Shown here one piece after another: positions 19,909-30,395 of a stretch of 37,378 bases of DNA. The position numbers and the translations under genes are program-made. The notes under the pieces are model-generated. The model was not told where the DNA came from and searched no databases. It saw nothing but the letters and a program-made list of their open reading frames with translations. The DNA is from Candidatus Methanomethylicia archaeon (GTDB lineage Archaea > Thermoproteota > Methanomethylicia > CALHIW01), in the NCBI GenBank assembly GCA_038845975.1, contig JAWBQF010000025.1:1-37378 (forward strand). The letters run 5' to 3'. The first letter of the stretch is position 1. Every line of letters starts with the position of its first letter.

Positions 19909-20238
19909 AACTAATATTACCTTTTTATATAGTGTTGCTAATATGTCTACTTAGCGATGTTTACAACAACCAAATATTTGAAGTATCAACATTGCGAATT
20001 ATCGAAATATTAGATGAGAAATTGAGAAGCAATACTTAACATCCAGAAATAAGTAATAAACATCATACTCATGAGAACTAGCCTGTAAGAATTCAATAGT
20101 AGGAAGCATTTGAAATATATTTCAAGTAATGGCTTAACATTACAAGCGCCTACATGCCCCAGCTATAACCGTGAGGAAGCATACTAGAAACCATTAGACA
20201 TAGTCTTCATCGTATTATTAGCATAATGCTTATAGGTA

Positions 20239-21618
20239 TTGAATATACTAGTATTTATGTTGAAAATTTATAAAGCTACTGTTCTCATAGTTATCATGTT
20301 TTTACTTTCAGGAACATCTCTAACTTCCCAATTTATATTTGAAGTTGATGCTGTATCTATTGTTTATAAGGTGATTGATGGGGATACTTTCGATTCATCA
20401 ATAGGAAGAGTTAGGTTAGCTGACATAAACGCGCCTGAAGCTAGCGAACCTGGATACTATGAGGCAAAGCATGCTTTATCAAGTTTAATTCTGGATAAAA
20501 TGGTTTACCTAGATATTGATGATAAATACGTTAAGGATAAGTATGGAAGATATGTATGTGTTGTTTATGTTAGATATAATGAAACCCATCTTCTAAATGT
20601 AAATTTATTCCTCGCTATTAATGGCTATGCAATTATTGTTAACTATGATAATGAATTTAATCCATATACGTGGAGGCTACATGTCTACTATCCTGAACCT
20701 AAATCAACACAGGAAACAGTAATAAAAACCACAATAACAACAGCTACATCAACTCCTACTTCAACAACATTAACCCCTACTACAGGTAACTTAGCTGTCT
20801 ACGTCAAGTTTGGTGATGGGGATCCATGCAGTAAATGTAGTGTTTACATTGACGGTGTTAATAGAGGTTTTACTGATGATAATGGCTATTTAAAGATTGA
20901 GTTTTTACCTATAGGCATCCGTAATGTTGAGGCTGTATGGTATAATAATAGCTTTAAATATTATGGAAATACAAGTATCCATATTAATGGGGGTAAAACT
21001 GTTAGAGTGGAGTTAACAATACATCCTTTAGATAGTTGTATAATGATTACTAATTGGATTACTAATCCTGAAGAAGCTAATCCTGGAGATAGCGTTACAA
21101 TTACAGTATACTGGATATTTCTTAAATGTTGCAACTGCATAGTTAAAGCTAATGCTTTCGGTAGCTGGAATACTGATGAACAATTAGCCATTATATATGA
21201 TGGGGGAAGTATGGGGAACTGGCATCAAGTACTTAATAAATCATTCACAATAAAGGCACCTGGAAAACCTGGAAACTACCATGTTAGAGTGGGATTTGCT
21301 TACGATTACAGATTCCATAGCTATCATGAACTATTAAATGACGTACATATCGATATACCATTAACAGTTAAATCTCCAACAGGAGCAAGTATAATGTCTA
21401 CCTCAACAGTCAATACATATACTACAACATATACTTCTACACAAACCAATCCTACTCCTACACTTATTTCAACATATACTAGAGTACTGGAAGATCAAGA
21501 ATTAAACTCTCTCCTAGTAGCTGTAGGATTAATAATTGGATTAATAGTTCTACAAGCCATACTAATTATATCCGTAAAGAAATTGATGAAATACTATCCT
21601 CTACGTAAAAGGATCTAA
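20239..21618 (+). CDS. Membrane-anchored extracellular thermonuclease (SNase) with beta-sandwich domains; start may be ATG at 20257
   Basis: Signal peptide; VIDGDTF, VRLADINAPE, DKYGRY; two Thr-rich linkers; PEGA-like VYIDG..GFTD.NG; Ig-like domain; C-terminal TM with basic tail. Confidence 0.85.
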   Translation: MNILVFMLKIYKATVLIVIMFLLSGTSLTSQFIFEVDAVSIVYKVIDGDTFDSSIGRVRLADINAPEASEPGYYEAKHALSSLILDKMVYLDIDDKYVKDKYGRYVCVVYVRYNETHLLNVNLFLAINGYAIIVNYDNEFNPYTWRLHVYYPEPKSTQETVIKTTITTATSTPTSTTLTPTTGNLAVYVKFGDGDPCSKCSVYIDGVNRGFTDDNGYLKIEFLPIGIRNVEAVWYNNSFKYYGNTSIHINGGKTVRVELTIHPLDSCIMITNWITNPEEANPGDSVTITVYWIFLKCCNCIVKANAFGSWNTDEQLAIIYDGGSMGNWHQVLNKSFTIKAPGKPGNYHVRVGFAYDYRFHSYHELLNDVHIDIPLTVKSPTGASIMSTSTVNTYTTTYTSTQTNPTPTLISTYTRVLEDQELNSLLVAVGLIIGLIVLQAILIISVKKLMKYYPLRKRI

Positions 21619-22240
21619 CTACTAATATGTAGAATTCTAAAGTTAATATTAAGCTTAACTGTATTACTAAGCATCTTGAAAACTTAAATATGTCTGATTA
21701 CCTCTAGTATCGTGTTTCCTATTACACTTATTCTCCATGATGATATAGTTATCGGAAAGCTTTTACTCTATTCCTAGTATAATTTTCTCCATCAAATTCC
21801 AGTTCTCTAAATCATTCATACTTAAACTCAGCATTTACATAGCGTCCTATAGTAGCAAGAATCATCAATACAATTACAGATTGTAATTAGCCTTAATCCT
21901 AATACAATAAATATAAATCATTCAAACATCAAATCACATGTTATTCTCTAAAATAATTTAGAACAACATAATAATCCTACTACTAAAACTTATTAATAGT
22001 AGCATCTCAACATATATCCTAACGCTTTACTAAAATCAAGGGGAAGCTTAAAGGCAGCTTGATAGCATGAATACATAACTCTAACAATAATAAGCCTAAA
22101 ATACCTAAAGCCATTCTTAATAAATGGAAATACATGTAAACATTACCATAAGTAAATAGAGAAAAATAAAACTGAAATTCGCAAGATGTTTTCTTTAACG
22201 ACAAGTTTAAAAGTATTTAGTATTTTAAATTGCGATTTAG

Positions 22241-23083
22241 ATGAATAAACTAGGTATTATGTATAGTGTTAATGATTTAGCTGGTTTAGGAATAGCTGAA
22301 GTACTAGTCAGTAAACTTAAATGTAGAGAGGTAACAGTTAAGAAATCTATTAAGGCTTCATCTTATAGTTCAAACTATTTTGATGTGGTTTTAGCTGGAT
22401 TTAAAGAGGAAACTATTGATTTTGAGTTTCTTGATGATGTTGTTGATGTTGACTTCTACATCATACTTTCAAAACATAGAAGTGAAGCAGGAATTAAGTC
22501 CTTTACAGTTCATTCAACAGGTAATCCATGGAGAAACGCTGATGTTGGCGGTAAACCCTTAGAGCTTTCAATAGCAAATCCTCAAACTGCTAAAACACTT
22601 CTTCTAAATCTGAGCAAGTTTAGAGATGAATGGAGGTTAAGTAGCTTTGATGTAACCTATGAGGTTACACATCATGGTCCAACATCACTTAGAAAACCCA
22701 TAACATTTATTGAAATTGGAAGCTGTGAGGCTGAGTGGAAACTTAGAGAAGCTAGAGAAGTAGTTGCGGAAGCTGTTTTAAATCTGGTTGAGAATGGATT
22801 AGTAAGTAGCTATATACCGGTTGTAGGTTTTGGTGGAAATCATTATGCAAGTAGATTTAGTGAAAGAGCATTAAAAACCGAGGAAGCCTATGGACATATG
22901 ATAGCGAAATACGTAATAGATAAACTTACGGATAATGAGCTAAACCTAATAGTGGGGAATGCCATTACCAAAAATGCACAGAAAATATTGAGGGTAATAA
23001 TAGAGAAGAAGCTTAGAAGCACCTATAGAAAAACAATAAGAGATGTAGCATCACAGCTTAATATTAACTATTTAGAAACATAA
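22241..23083 (+). CDS. dtdA: D-aminoacyl-tRNA deacylase (DTD2 type)
   Basis: SKHRSE, FTVHSTGN, EVTHHGPT, FIEIGS, GFGGNHY, GHMIAKY. Confidence 0.95.
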   Translation: MNKLGIMYSVNDLAGLGIAEVLVSKLKCREVTVKKSIKASSYSSNYFDVVLAGFKEETIDFEFLDDVVDVDFYIILSKHRSEAGIKSFTVHSTGNPWRNADVGGKPLELSIANPQTAKTLLLNLSKFRDEWRLSSFDVTYEVTHHGPTSLRKPITFIEIGSCEAEWKLREAREVVAEAVLNLVENGLVSSYIPVVGFGGNHYASRFSERALKTEEAYGHMIAKYVIDKLTDNELNLIVGNAITKNAQKILRVIIEKKLRSTYRKTIRDVASQLNINYLET

Positions 23084-23315
23084 CTCTATCTAGTAAATCA
23101 AACCTCCAACAGATTATATATTAAATCTTAATAGGTTAAACCTAAATTTTATAATTCTTATTGATTGTTATGCTAAATCATTATTGATTTAATTCCACTG
23201 GTAATACAATATATTACCAAACAATCAATAATATGATTAATGGAATCTAGGTTTCGAAGCTCAGAACAACATTATGGTTACATAATACATGATATTATAA
23301 CATGTAAACATAAAA

Positions 23316-25439
23316 CTATGTCTTACCTAATTGATTCTTTATTCTTACTGCTAATGTTTTTCCAATTAGCGGGATTGAAGATAACTGTTCAATTGTTGCT
23401 TTCTTTAGGTCATCGATTGTTTTAAATCCTGAATTATAAAGCATTCTAGCTCTTACTCTTCCTATACCTTCAAGCTTAACAAGATCTAGAAGTTCCTCTC
23501 TTACTCCATTCTTTACCCTACTATTTATTGATTGAAGGGGGGTTACTATTTCTTTCTTACCGATTACTTTAGCTATTTCAGTTATTGAGTATGTAAGCCA
23601 GTCAGCTGTTTCTACATATACGTATAGGTCTCCAGGCCATATACCGTATTCCTCACATATTTTCTCTTCACCCTCCTCATTTATCCAGCTGTTAAGCATC
23701 ATTGCTGTTTTTAATTCAGCTAATAGCATATCATAATCATATAGACTAGTATCTATAAGTAACTCCTCCTCTACCTCCTCTAGAATTGCTAAGTATTTTT
23801 CTTCTTCCCTTCTTCCTAGGTATATTTTAGGCATATCTGGAGTACTACATAGTAGATGTAGTATTGATGTTGGCTTAATATCCTTAGCTTTCTCCAGCCC
23901 CCTCCTAATTATTACTGCTGATTTTGGATCTATGTAAAGCTGTGAAACTCTTCTACCTAGTATCGTTGCTTTAAGTCTTCTACTAGCTGTTATTAATTCA
24001 TTATCCTCTAGAAACTCTAAAACTCTCTTAACTCTATTCTTTATACTGTATGCTCCATACTGTATTCCGAAGAATGTTTTCTCCATAAAATCCATCAATT
24101 CATCCTCGCTTCCAGTAAATTCTGAGGCTATAAGTGATAGTATATGTGTTCTTAAAGCCTTCTCGCTTGCAAGCTTAGATGTAAGTCTTTCAGGTCTTCC
24201 TAAAACATATTTAGACATTAATGTATTGAAGCTAGCTTTACTTCCAGCAATTATTACTGCTTCACCTATTGAATCGTATTTAGGTCTACCTGCTCTTCCA
24301 GCCATCTGCTTATATTCCAGTATAGGTATTTGCACACTTCCAATTCCAACTTCATACCTATTAATTGAATCTATAACTACTCTTCTTGCAGGTAGATTTA
24401 CTCCAGCAGCTAGAGTTGGTGTTGCACATACTACTTTTAGAATTCTAGATCTGAATGTATCCTCAATTATTTTCCTATGTGGATGAGCTAATCCAGCATG
24501 GTGGAATGCTACTCCACACTTAATACATTCGGAAAGTATAGAGTTAATACTTGTTATAGGTTCTAGTGCAAGGATCTTCTTAGAAAGTTCTCTAAGCTCC
24601 TTACCCTCCTCCTTGGAGAGGTATTGATGAGTATAGTTTGAAAGCTTTCTAGCAAGACTTACAGCTTGAGCTCTACTACTAGTAAATATTAATGCTTGTC
24701 CTCCATTAACTAAAGTATCTAAGGCTATATTAATTGTTGAGTTTGATGTTAAGTATGGAACTTCAACTATTACTCCATCGTTAAACTCTATACTCCCCCT
24801 ATAATATACTCCCTCTCTAAGTTTAACAGGTCTCCAATCACTAGCAATAAGCTTCGCGTTTCTAAGCCATTTAGCAATTTCCTCAGCATTACTTACAGTT
24901 GCACTTAAAGCTAATACTTGAGCATTAGGGTTTAGAGATATTAGCTTTGTAAGTAGTACTTCAAGTATTGGTCCTCTTTCACCATCGTTAATTAAATGTA
25001 CTTCATCAGCAACTATAATTGACAATTCCCTAATCCATTTAGGCATATGTCTAGTTAATGAATCTGTTTTCTCATATGTTGAAACTATAATATCGTATTT
25101 TTCAAGCCATTCATTAGCGCTATCATAATCTCCAGTTGTAATAGCTACTTTAAGCCCTAATTCACTATACTTCATTAAATCATTAAATTTCTCACTTGCA
25201 AGTGCGCGTAGAGGAGTAAAGTATAATGCTTTACCTCCATGTTTAAGTATTCTATTAACTATTGTAAGTTCAGCAATTAAGGTTTTACCTGCGGCAGTAG
25301 GTATAGCTACAACAGTATCAACACCATTCAGTATACCAGCTCTAATAGCATCTACTTGTGGAGGGTAAAGCTCAACATATCCATACCTAACTAATAACTC
25401 CTTAACCCTACCATCAATATTTAAATCGCTAATCCTCAC
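23316..25439 (-). CDS. hel308: Ski2-like ATP-dependent DNA helicase Hel308/Hjm
   Basis: PTAAGKT, PLRALASEK, DEVH, LSAT, FHHAGL, TPTLAAGVNLPA, QMAGRAGRP, C-terminal GIGRVRARMLY HhH. Confidence 0.96.
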   Translation of the reverse strand: MRISDLNIDGRVKELLVRYGYVELYPPQVDAIRAGILNGVDTVVAIPTAAGKTLIAELTIVNRILKHGGKALYFTPLRALASEKFNDLMKYSELGLKVAITTGDYDSANEWLEKYDIIVSTYEKTDSLTRHMPKWIRELSIIVADEVHLINDGERGPILEVLLTKLISLNPNAQVLALSATVSNAEEIAKWLRNAKLIASDWRPVKLREGVYYRGSIEFNDGVIVEVPYLTSNSTINIALDTLVNGGQALIFTSSRAQAVSLARKLSNYTHQYLSKEEGKELRELSKKILALEPITSINSILSECIKCGVAFHHAGLAHPHRKIIEDTFRSRILKVVCATPTLAAGVNLPARRVVIDSINRYEVGIGSVQIPILEYKQMAGRAGRPKYDSIGEAVIIAGSKASFNTLMSKYVLGRPERLTSKLASEKALRTHILSLIASEFTGSEDELMDFMEKTFFGIQYGAYSIKNRVKRVLEFLEDNELITASRRLKATILGRRVSQLYIDPKSAVIIRRGLEKAKDIKPTSILHLLCSTPDMPKIYLGRREEEKYLAILEEVEEELLIDTSLYDYDMLLAELKTAMMLNSWINEEGEEKICEEYGIWPGDLYVYVETADWLTYSITEIAKVIGKKEIVTPLQSINSRVKNGVREELLDLVKLEGIGRVRARMLYNSGFKTIDDLKKATIEQLSSIPLIGKTLAVRIKNQLGKT

Positions 25440-25622
25440 TACCTAGAGAACTCTCCAACAGTATTTAAGTCTTTCAGCTAATAAACCTGCCTTGTGAACT
25501 TAAACCATCAAATATAATGAGTTCTACATTTAAAGTTCATAAAGCCAGTAAACCATAATAGGTAAGCTTATGAAGGTATAGTATACTACATATAGATGTA
25601 ACGTATGATACTTAGGAGATAG

Positions 25623-25793
25623 GAAGAGACAATCATCAATGGATGCGGCAAATACTCCAGTAAATCTCAGTCCTATGAGCACAGCAAAAATGTCTCAAAG
25701 TATAAATCAACTCTTGATAAAAATAGATGCATTACCTGTAGCATTTGTGTAGATGCCTTTTCAATTAGGGCTGTTTCCCTCATGTTTTCCTAG
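25623..25793 (+). pseudogene. Decayed 2x[4Fe-4S] ferredoxin-like remnant
   Basis: One frame reads IINGCGKYSSKS..KYKSTLDKNRCITCSICVDAFSIRAVSL*. This is CxxCxxC with the fourth Cys replaced by Phe, plus an eroded first motif (GCGK). No start codon. Confidence 0.55.
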
Positions 25794-25813
25794 TTGACTC
25801 CAACTTCTATAGA

Positions 25814-26149
25814 TTATAGGGTTTTAAATTCATCCATATACTTCTGAATACTCTTACATAGTTGACAGATATCAACCATATTTATTCCTAAACTCTTTGA
25901 TGTAGCTATTCTTTCCGCAGCTTCCTCTACGAATAACTTAACCTCATCTATTTTCATTAGTTTTTCAGATAATCTCCAACCACGTTTGGATTGTATGTAA
26001 TAGCTTATAGCTGGCTGTGTAGTGCCTAAGGCTTTAGCAGCTGAGGTTTGAGTAAAATTATACTTCTCTACAAGCTTCTTAGCTATGAGGAGCCTTATTG
26101 CTGGTAGAGTAAATCTAACAGCTATCTCGCATGGTGGCTTGAAACTCAT
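25814..26149 (-). CDS. Archaeal HTH transcriptional regulator (COG2522-like)
   Basis: PPCE..LPAIR..IAK.L, TQTSAAKALGTTQPAISYY..KRG, C-terminal ICQLC. Confidence 0.88.
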   Translation of the reverse strand: MSFKPPCEIAVRFTLPAIRLLIAKKLVEKYNFTQTSAAKALGTTQPAISYYIQSKRGWRLSEKLMKIDEVKLFVEEAAERIATSKSLGINMVDICQLCKSIQKYMDEFKTL

Positions 26150-26768
26150 AATACCTCTATGAAGTAAACTATTACTAAGTTATAAATTTTATAATAATTC
26201 ATTTGGCTACCGTTATCTCCACATAAATTCAGTATATTTCTATTTAAAATAAGCTTTAATATCATCAGCTTACCTTTATAGGAAATCATTACATTAGCCT
26301 CAAGCATATTTAAGCATACCATGGTACCATACATCATACCATAGGTAAAGCCTAGCTTCATCTAATTCTGAAAACACCTTCAATAGCTCTATCTCCTTTA
26401 ATATCTCGATTTTATCAAAATAAACTAAGTTAATCCAGTTCATACCAATCTCAATTCTACATATTCCAGATCTCTTCACTGAATATATATTAAACCCTAC
26501 TATTCCTACGGAGCATTCATACTTTGAAGTAAACGAATATAGTTCTAAGTATTGATGTTTTGCTTCCTAATAGTGTTGAATTGGAGACTGTAATTATCCA
26601 TTATAGCTTCTTAAACCATTTCTACCAGTAATATGTAGCTAGGCTTACAAAATATTCTCTCTAATTAAGTTATGACTTTACATAAATGATATATAAAATT
26701 AAGCTTCATTACCAGCACATTACTTATCTTGTTGTGAATGTTTAAATAATTGTAAGTAATTAATATGT

Positions 26769-26990
26769 ATGAGCTGTTTAGATCCTGTATATCAGGCAAT
26801 AGTTGATAGTAATGTTAAGCTTCTCAATAGCCTTAAGAGGATTAGGGAAGCTAGACGTGAAGTAATGGCTCAGCTAGGTTTAACTGATAAGGAATTAGAA
26901 ACAGCATCTATGTTTCAATGGTTGCTACGTCTATATATACGTAAGGTTGGTGAAGTGAAAGCTATTAAAGAGGTGGGGAAATATAGATGA
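26769..26990 (+). CDS. Small hypothetical protein, putative antitoxin partner of the downstream NTase
   Basis: 73-aa helical, charged ORF with a TATA-like TTTAAATA about 20-28 nt upstream; its 3' end overlaps the open frame of the NTase. Confidence 0.6.
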   Translation: MSCLDPVYQAIVDSNVKLLNSLKRIREARREVMAQLGLTDKELETASMFQWLLRLYIRKVGEVKAIKEVGKYR

Positions 26991-27039
26991 AGAGGATCTA
27001 CTTACATATGTTATTAGGATATCAGAAATACTTAATAGG

Positions 27040-27615
27040 TTGGGAGTAAACTATGTTCTTGTTGGCGGTCTTACATGTATACTTATGGGGGTTAGGAGAA
27101 TAACTGAAGATGCTGACTTCATAGTTAATGTAGGTTCAGAAAGTGAAGCTGAAAAGCTTTATGAAGCCCTTAAAAACGGAGGCTTCAATGTAAGTATTAA
27201 AGATGTTATTTATGCATTTAAAAATAAGAATCACTTTACAATACTTATTAATAGTTACCGTTTAGATTTTAAATTCCCATCATCAACTCTCGACTTTGAA
27301 ACATTGAGGAGAGCTATAGAAATTCGTTTAGAAGACTCAGTTATCAGGATTGCTCGTCTCGAGGAAAACATAGCTGCAAAAATCATAGTTTTAGCCTCAA
27401 TGAAGGATCTTGAGGATGCTTTATGGCTTATGATCCACCATAGGGATAAAATAGACTGGCATAGACTAAGCAAGCTTCTAGGAGATCAGCCATCAAAAAT
27501 AATAAGCAACATAATACTGAAAATCGAGGATGAGTTTAAAGGAAATAGCATTATTCTAGAGAAATTAAGTAAGCTTAAAACTCTACTTAAAGACCTAGTG
27601 GAAATGAAGCATTAA
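27040..27615 (+). CDS. Nucleotidyltransferase (DUF6036/AbiEii-like); true N-terminus probably further upstream
   Basis: YVLVGG..GVRRITEDADF, RLDF, EENIAAK..KDLEDA, IDWHRL. The frame stays open back to 26959. Confidence 0.8.
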   Translation: MGVNYVLVGGLTCILMGVRRITEDADFIVNVGSESEAEKLYEALKNGGFNVSIKDVIYAFKNKNHFTILINSYRLDFKFPSSTLDFETLRRAIEIRLEDSVIRIARLEENIAAKIIVLASMKDLEDALWLMIHHRDKIDWHRLSKLLGDQPSKIISNIILKIEDEFKGNSIILEKLSKLKTLLKDLVEMKH

Positions 27616-27812
27616 CCATTCATAATGATGATTAAGCTAGCTTAGAATACTTCTACTGGGAATATATTCATTGTTTCCAATAATGACATTAGATAATATA
27701 TTTTCGACGAATAGTTAACTATGCAAATGATTATCTGGCTTCTTATGCTGTCTTCAAAATAAGAATATCAGAATAAGATTTATTAATTTTGAAGTAAATG
27801 AATTCATGATGT

Positions 27813-28127
27813 TTGAAGGTGTCTAGATTATATCGATTACTTAGCTTCGTGATTTTGATATTAGGTATTCTAGGTGTACTAGGATCACTCTATCTTTTTG
27901 GACTTAAGGCTGTCGCAACTTCTCTTGTTCGAGATATGATAGGAAACACTATATGGTATGTATCCAACTCAAATATAACGGTTTACGAAGGTATTGAGAT
28001 TACGAATAGATGGCTCAATGAACTATCCTCACTCTCAGATAAACCGTTACTACTCTTATTAATCTACAGCCTGATATTAATATCAATATCGGTTATGATG
28101 ATTAAAAACCACGGTATAAATGATTAA
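27813..28127 (+). CDS. Small two-TM hypothetical membrane protein
   Basis: 104-aa ORF with N- and C-terminal hydrophobic helices and an upstream TTTATTAA. No family recognised. Confidence 0.6.
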   Translation: MKVSRLYRLLSFVILILGILGVLGSLYLFGLKAVATSLVRDMIGNTIWYVSNSNITVYEGIEITNRWLNELSSLSDKPLLLLLIYSLILISISVMMIKNHGIND

Positions 28128-29122
28128 ATAACACATTTCCACATAATCTCTAAAATGTTAAATAACTATGATGAAGCTTGCGAATAATTCAGAGGTTAAA
28201 ACTAATACACCTAGGTTTTCCTTTAATATGTTGTGGTAAAGTAATTTTTAACTTTGTCATATTTAAAATTTTAATATGGAATTATAATCCCCTATATTTT
28301 GAAGTATTAACTTTACCTCATCTCCTCAATAGGTAATCTATAATGCTTAAGTTTAATCGTTAAGCCACTAAAAACTCTTAGATACATCATGATATATACT
28401 ACTTTAAATGACAGTGCTAGTCTTTATACCCCATTATCAGCTTTTTTCTAAAAGACTTTACCTATGTAGGAACCTTTCATAATTCTCATACATCTATGGG
28501 CTTCTCCATTGAGTCTACATGATTTCCACTAGGTTCAATATATTTCTGCTTAGGAATATATTAGCCACCACACTCGATGAGTTCTTATTTCCTTAAGTTG
28601 TATGTTGGATCAAAATAAATCTCCTTTAATGCCCAGCTCTATACTTAGTCTTCATAACTTAGATTAGCTTATTACCACTATGTTTATATCTAAATCGATG
28701 CTGTGAACTTAAGTTATTGGCTATTTATGTCTTTTAAATTAAAGTTCACAACATCCTTAGATCCGTTGCAATGCTTAAAAGTAAGGACTTAACTGTAACA
28801 TCTACATGAATCCTAAATTCCACTTTACATTCACAATATCCTGTAAGTATCTCTAGCCTTAATTGTTACGTTATCTACAGAGTCCATCTAGGCTTCTGAT
28901 AAGGTAACCTATAGTAATCACCTTCCAAAAGCCGTTAAGAAATATTCATACAAACAATGCATTCATCTACAGCTGGTTGTAAGCATGCAGAAACTCCATC
29001 TAATATATCTGCCATTAGTTCTAATCCTAATGGTTTGGTACTAGGAGAAAGCTAACTACTAAGTAGTATTCTATTAAGATGATAGATCTCAGTAGCTTAA
29101 TAGATAGTATAGAATAGGGATA

Positions 29123-29818
29123 CTATGGTAGTGATGCTACTGGCTTAATACTTTTTAGAATACTCACTATCTCATCCTCACTAAATATTGGGGCAAAACA
29201 GTATTGATAATTAAGTACGCCTATTTGCATATCTGCAACTATGCAGTAATCCCCATACTTCTTACTGTATTCCCCATACGGATCCCAGTATGGAGCTTTA
29301 GTATTTAGATATACGTCTAAATCATTTATTTTCATCATTTTTTCTTTCGAGCTATTTGTAACATACCATGGAATTCCTGGAAGAGGTACAACCTGTATTG
29401 TAAGCTCAGCTGAATAGATCTTCTTGGTACCCGTATTACTATATACAACGATAATTATGTTTCCCACCTCACCATTAAGAACCTTACCGTAAATAGCGGT
29501 TAGCTTTAAACCTTTAGGAAGATACGTAGGTAGGTAAAGAGTTAATCCTCTCTTCCCCCATTGCTTGACAACAACATCAAGATCCACCTCCTCAGCAACT
29601 CTGTCGAATGGAACTGGGCCATGAGGAATCGAAGTTCTTGTTTCCATATGTTTATTTAAAAGCCTTCCATCCATCATGATATAGTAAGTTATAGAGAGAG
29701 TTATAATTATTCCTACAAGAAGAAATATGGAAAACAATTTTATATTAATAATTACCACCACCTCCAGCATAAAATTCATAATTTGATACCTTGATAATCC
29801 AATAGGGCTCATCTGCAT
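29123..29818 (-). CDS. Single-TM membrane-anchored protein with DUF4367-like extracellular domain; real start probably near 29760
   Basis: TM helix, LYLPTYLPKGL motif, C-terminal SEDEIVSILKSIK; GGAGGTG ribosome-binding site overlapping the end of the upstream gene. Confidence 0.6.
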   Translation of the reverse strand: MQMSPIGLSRYQIMNFMLEVVVIINIKLFSIFLLVGIIITLSITYYIMMDGRLLNKHMETRTSIPHGPVPFDRVAEEVDLDVVVKQWGKRGLTLYLPTYLPKGLKLTAIYGKVLNGEVGNIIIVVYSNTGTKKIYSAELTIQVVPLPGIPWYVTNSSKEKMMKINDLDVYLNTKAPYWDPYGEYSKKYGDYCIVADMQIGVLNYQYCFAPIFSEDEIVSILKSIKPVASLP

Positions 29819-30395
29819 GCTCTACACACCTATCCCAAAGCCACCAATCATATATCCTATAAGATAGATACATGAAGTGGGTTCCATCGATGTTTACCAG
29901 TGTTGGAAGAGGCATTTCACTAAATGCTTGATAATCTACTGCACTATTAGGTTTTAGAACATTTAGGAACTTGCTCCAATCATTAGAACCGCACGTCCAT
30001 ACATGTAGACTTGGATCCTTAGAAATCCAGTACTGATAGGTAACACCTGGAGTACGGGAATTAAAATACTCAAAATCATATCCATTTTCATCCTTTTTCT
30101 CATAGAATGAAAGAAGCTTGAAATTACTTTTAGAGGATTTATCGTATCCTACTTGCACCCAATACATAGGTGTATAGCTAAGCATTACTGTTACCCATTG
30201 GCAATAGGTACCATCCTTATCAATTGTATAAATATTTCCTTTAACACCATTAGGAGGAGGGTAGCCACCTGGCGGCCCATAGTAAAAGTATCCAGCATAG
30301 TAGGGTGGTGGAAGAGAAGCAGAAAACGTATTTATACCAACTACTAGCATGGTACTTAACAATATAATAACTAAGCATTTCACCATATGCTTCAT
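29745..30395 (-). CDS. Secreted beta-sandwich protein, possibly a glutamic peptidase (eqolisin G1 / neprosin-like)
   Basis: Signal peptide; YYAGY, QWV, WVQVG, FYE, PG, QAFSE occur in the same order as G1 motifs (WAG, AWVG, xQTG, WYE, GD, EWIVE); aromatic-rich. Confidence 0.5.
   Translation of the reverse strand: MKHMVKCLVIILLSTMLVVGINTFSASLPPPYYAGYFYYGPPGGYPPPNGVKGNIYTIDKDGTYCQWVTVMLSYTPMYWVQVGYDKSSKSNFKLLSFYEKKDENGYDFEYFNSRTPGVTYQYWISKDPSLHVWTCGSNDWSKFLNVLKPNSAVDYQAFSEMPLPTLVNIDGTHFMYLSYRIYDWWLWDRCVEHADEPYWIIKVSNYEFYAGGGGNY

Noticed and set aside
20110-20125. Perfect 16-bp palindrome TTGAAATATATTTCAA
   Set aside because: Roughly one such palindrome is expected by chance in 37 kb of AT-rich DNA, and no second copy was seen.
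20156-20179. GCCCCAGCTATAACCGTGAGGAAG, faintly like an IS200/IS605 subterminal hairpin
   Set aside because: The stem is imperfect and no tnpA or tnpB remnant was recognisable nearby.
22019-22204. 61-aa minus-strand ORF
   Set aside because: TTG start, no motif, and it crowds the dtdA promoter; probably spurious.
26146-26361. 71-aa minus-strand ORF upstream of the HTH regulator
   Set aside because: It runs through the regulator's TATA region (26180-26194) and has low-complexity AT-driven composition.
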